DNA of 64,000 nucleotides, from positions 3,313 through 67,312 of the forward strand of contig DAOUFU010000013.1 of assembly GCA_034429275.1 (NCBI GenBank), read 5' to 3'. Within the stretch, counting starts at the first letter, position 1. Each line of letters starts with the position of its first letter. A program made the position numbers and the translations under genes. Under the pieces are notes generated by a model that did not search any database, was not told where the DNA came from, and saw only the letters and a program-made list of their open reading frames with translations. Positions 63,751-64,000 of this stretch are shown piece after piece. The DNA comes from Anaerolineae bacterium (GTDB lineage Bacteria; Chloroflexota; Anaerolineae; Aggregatilineales; Aggregatilineaceae).

Positions 63751-64000
63751 AGATGACATGCACTTGATGGAAGGGATTCACGACATCCTGGAAATCAATG
63801 GCTATAAGGTGCTGACTGCCACTAATGGGGCAGCAGGTTTGGAATTGCTGCGCGAGCAGCCGCTCCCGCCCGATCTCATTGTCTCCGATATTATGATGCC
63901 GCGCATGGACGGTTACCAGTTCTTCCAGGCGGTGCAGGCAGACAAAGCCTGGGAAGATATCCCGTTCATCTTCCTGACAGCCAAAGGCGAGCGCGAGGAT
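63707..64000 (+). CDS. Response regulator receiver domain (partial, runs off window end)
   Basis: GTG 63707 lies 9 nt after GGAGG (63693-63697), and an in-frame TAG at 63689 limits the upstream extent. Translation is VSQNNTEKTTILVVEDDMHLMEGIHDILEINGYKVLTATNGAAGLELL...DLIVSDIMMPRMDGYQFF...FIFLTAKGE. It overlaps the kinase stop by 44 nt. Confidence 0.8.
   Translation, partial: MSQNNTEKTTILVVEDDMHLMEGIHDILEINGYKVLTATNGAAGLELLREQPLPPDLIVSDIMMPRMDGYQFFQAVQADKAWEDIPFIFLTAKGERED

Overview
GC-rich bacterial chromosomal window, densely coding on both strands. I saw no transposase, integrase, CRISPR array or rRNA. The protein style looks Chloroflexota-like: two giant multi-PAS/GAF histidine kinases, Trp/Pro/acid-rich repeat proteins, an LPXTG-type sorting signal, and extended -10 or leaderless starts. 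That lineage call is inference only.

Recognisable backbone:
- liv-type branched-chain amino acid ABC transporter (1-5210, minus)
- pstSCAB without phoU (5819-10440, plus)
- mrpABCDEFG cation/proton antiporter (10505-16363, minus)
- ppk2, tadA, three tRNA-Ser isoacceptors, a cold-shock protein, a TrmH/SpoU methyltransferase, a T7-endonuclease-I-like nuclease and a double-FAS1 secreted protein
- an RNA-turnover neighbourhood: corA-rnd-beta-CASP operon, RNase J, and a cold-shock-domain::DEAD-box helicase fusion
- a RIO-type kinase and two GNAT acetyltransferases

Most interesting regions:
1. 47.0-58.0 kb holds an eight-gene, tightly coupled plus-strand operon of unknown function. It is built around a GlmL/MutL-type ASKHA (actin-fold) ATPase, a barrel-sandwich/KOW-like protein, three small polytopic membrane proteins, a 1209-aa acidic Trp-motif repeat membrane protein and a doubly anchored LPXTG surface protein. 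The two large proteins share an N-terminal acidic 'MPDD..LF.DD.F' peptide. The operon is followed by an NTPase::OmpR-wHTH regulator, a 1395-aa sensor kinase and a response regulator.
2. 22.0-26.3 kb holds an operon of opine-dehydrogenase-like, fused GlmS/GlmE-like B12-mutase-like (non-canonical D-x-x-H-x-x-G), PII-like and CaCA exchanger genes.
3. A promoter, Shine-Dalgarno and 20-codon uORF leader sits ahead of an Eis-like GNAT.

All calls come from reading motifs by eye in the supplied ORF translations and DNA. No searches or folding programs were run.
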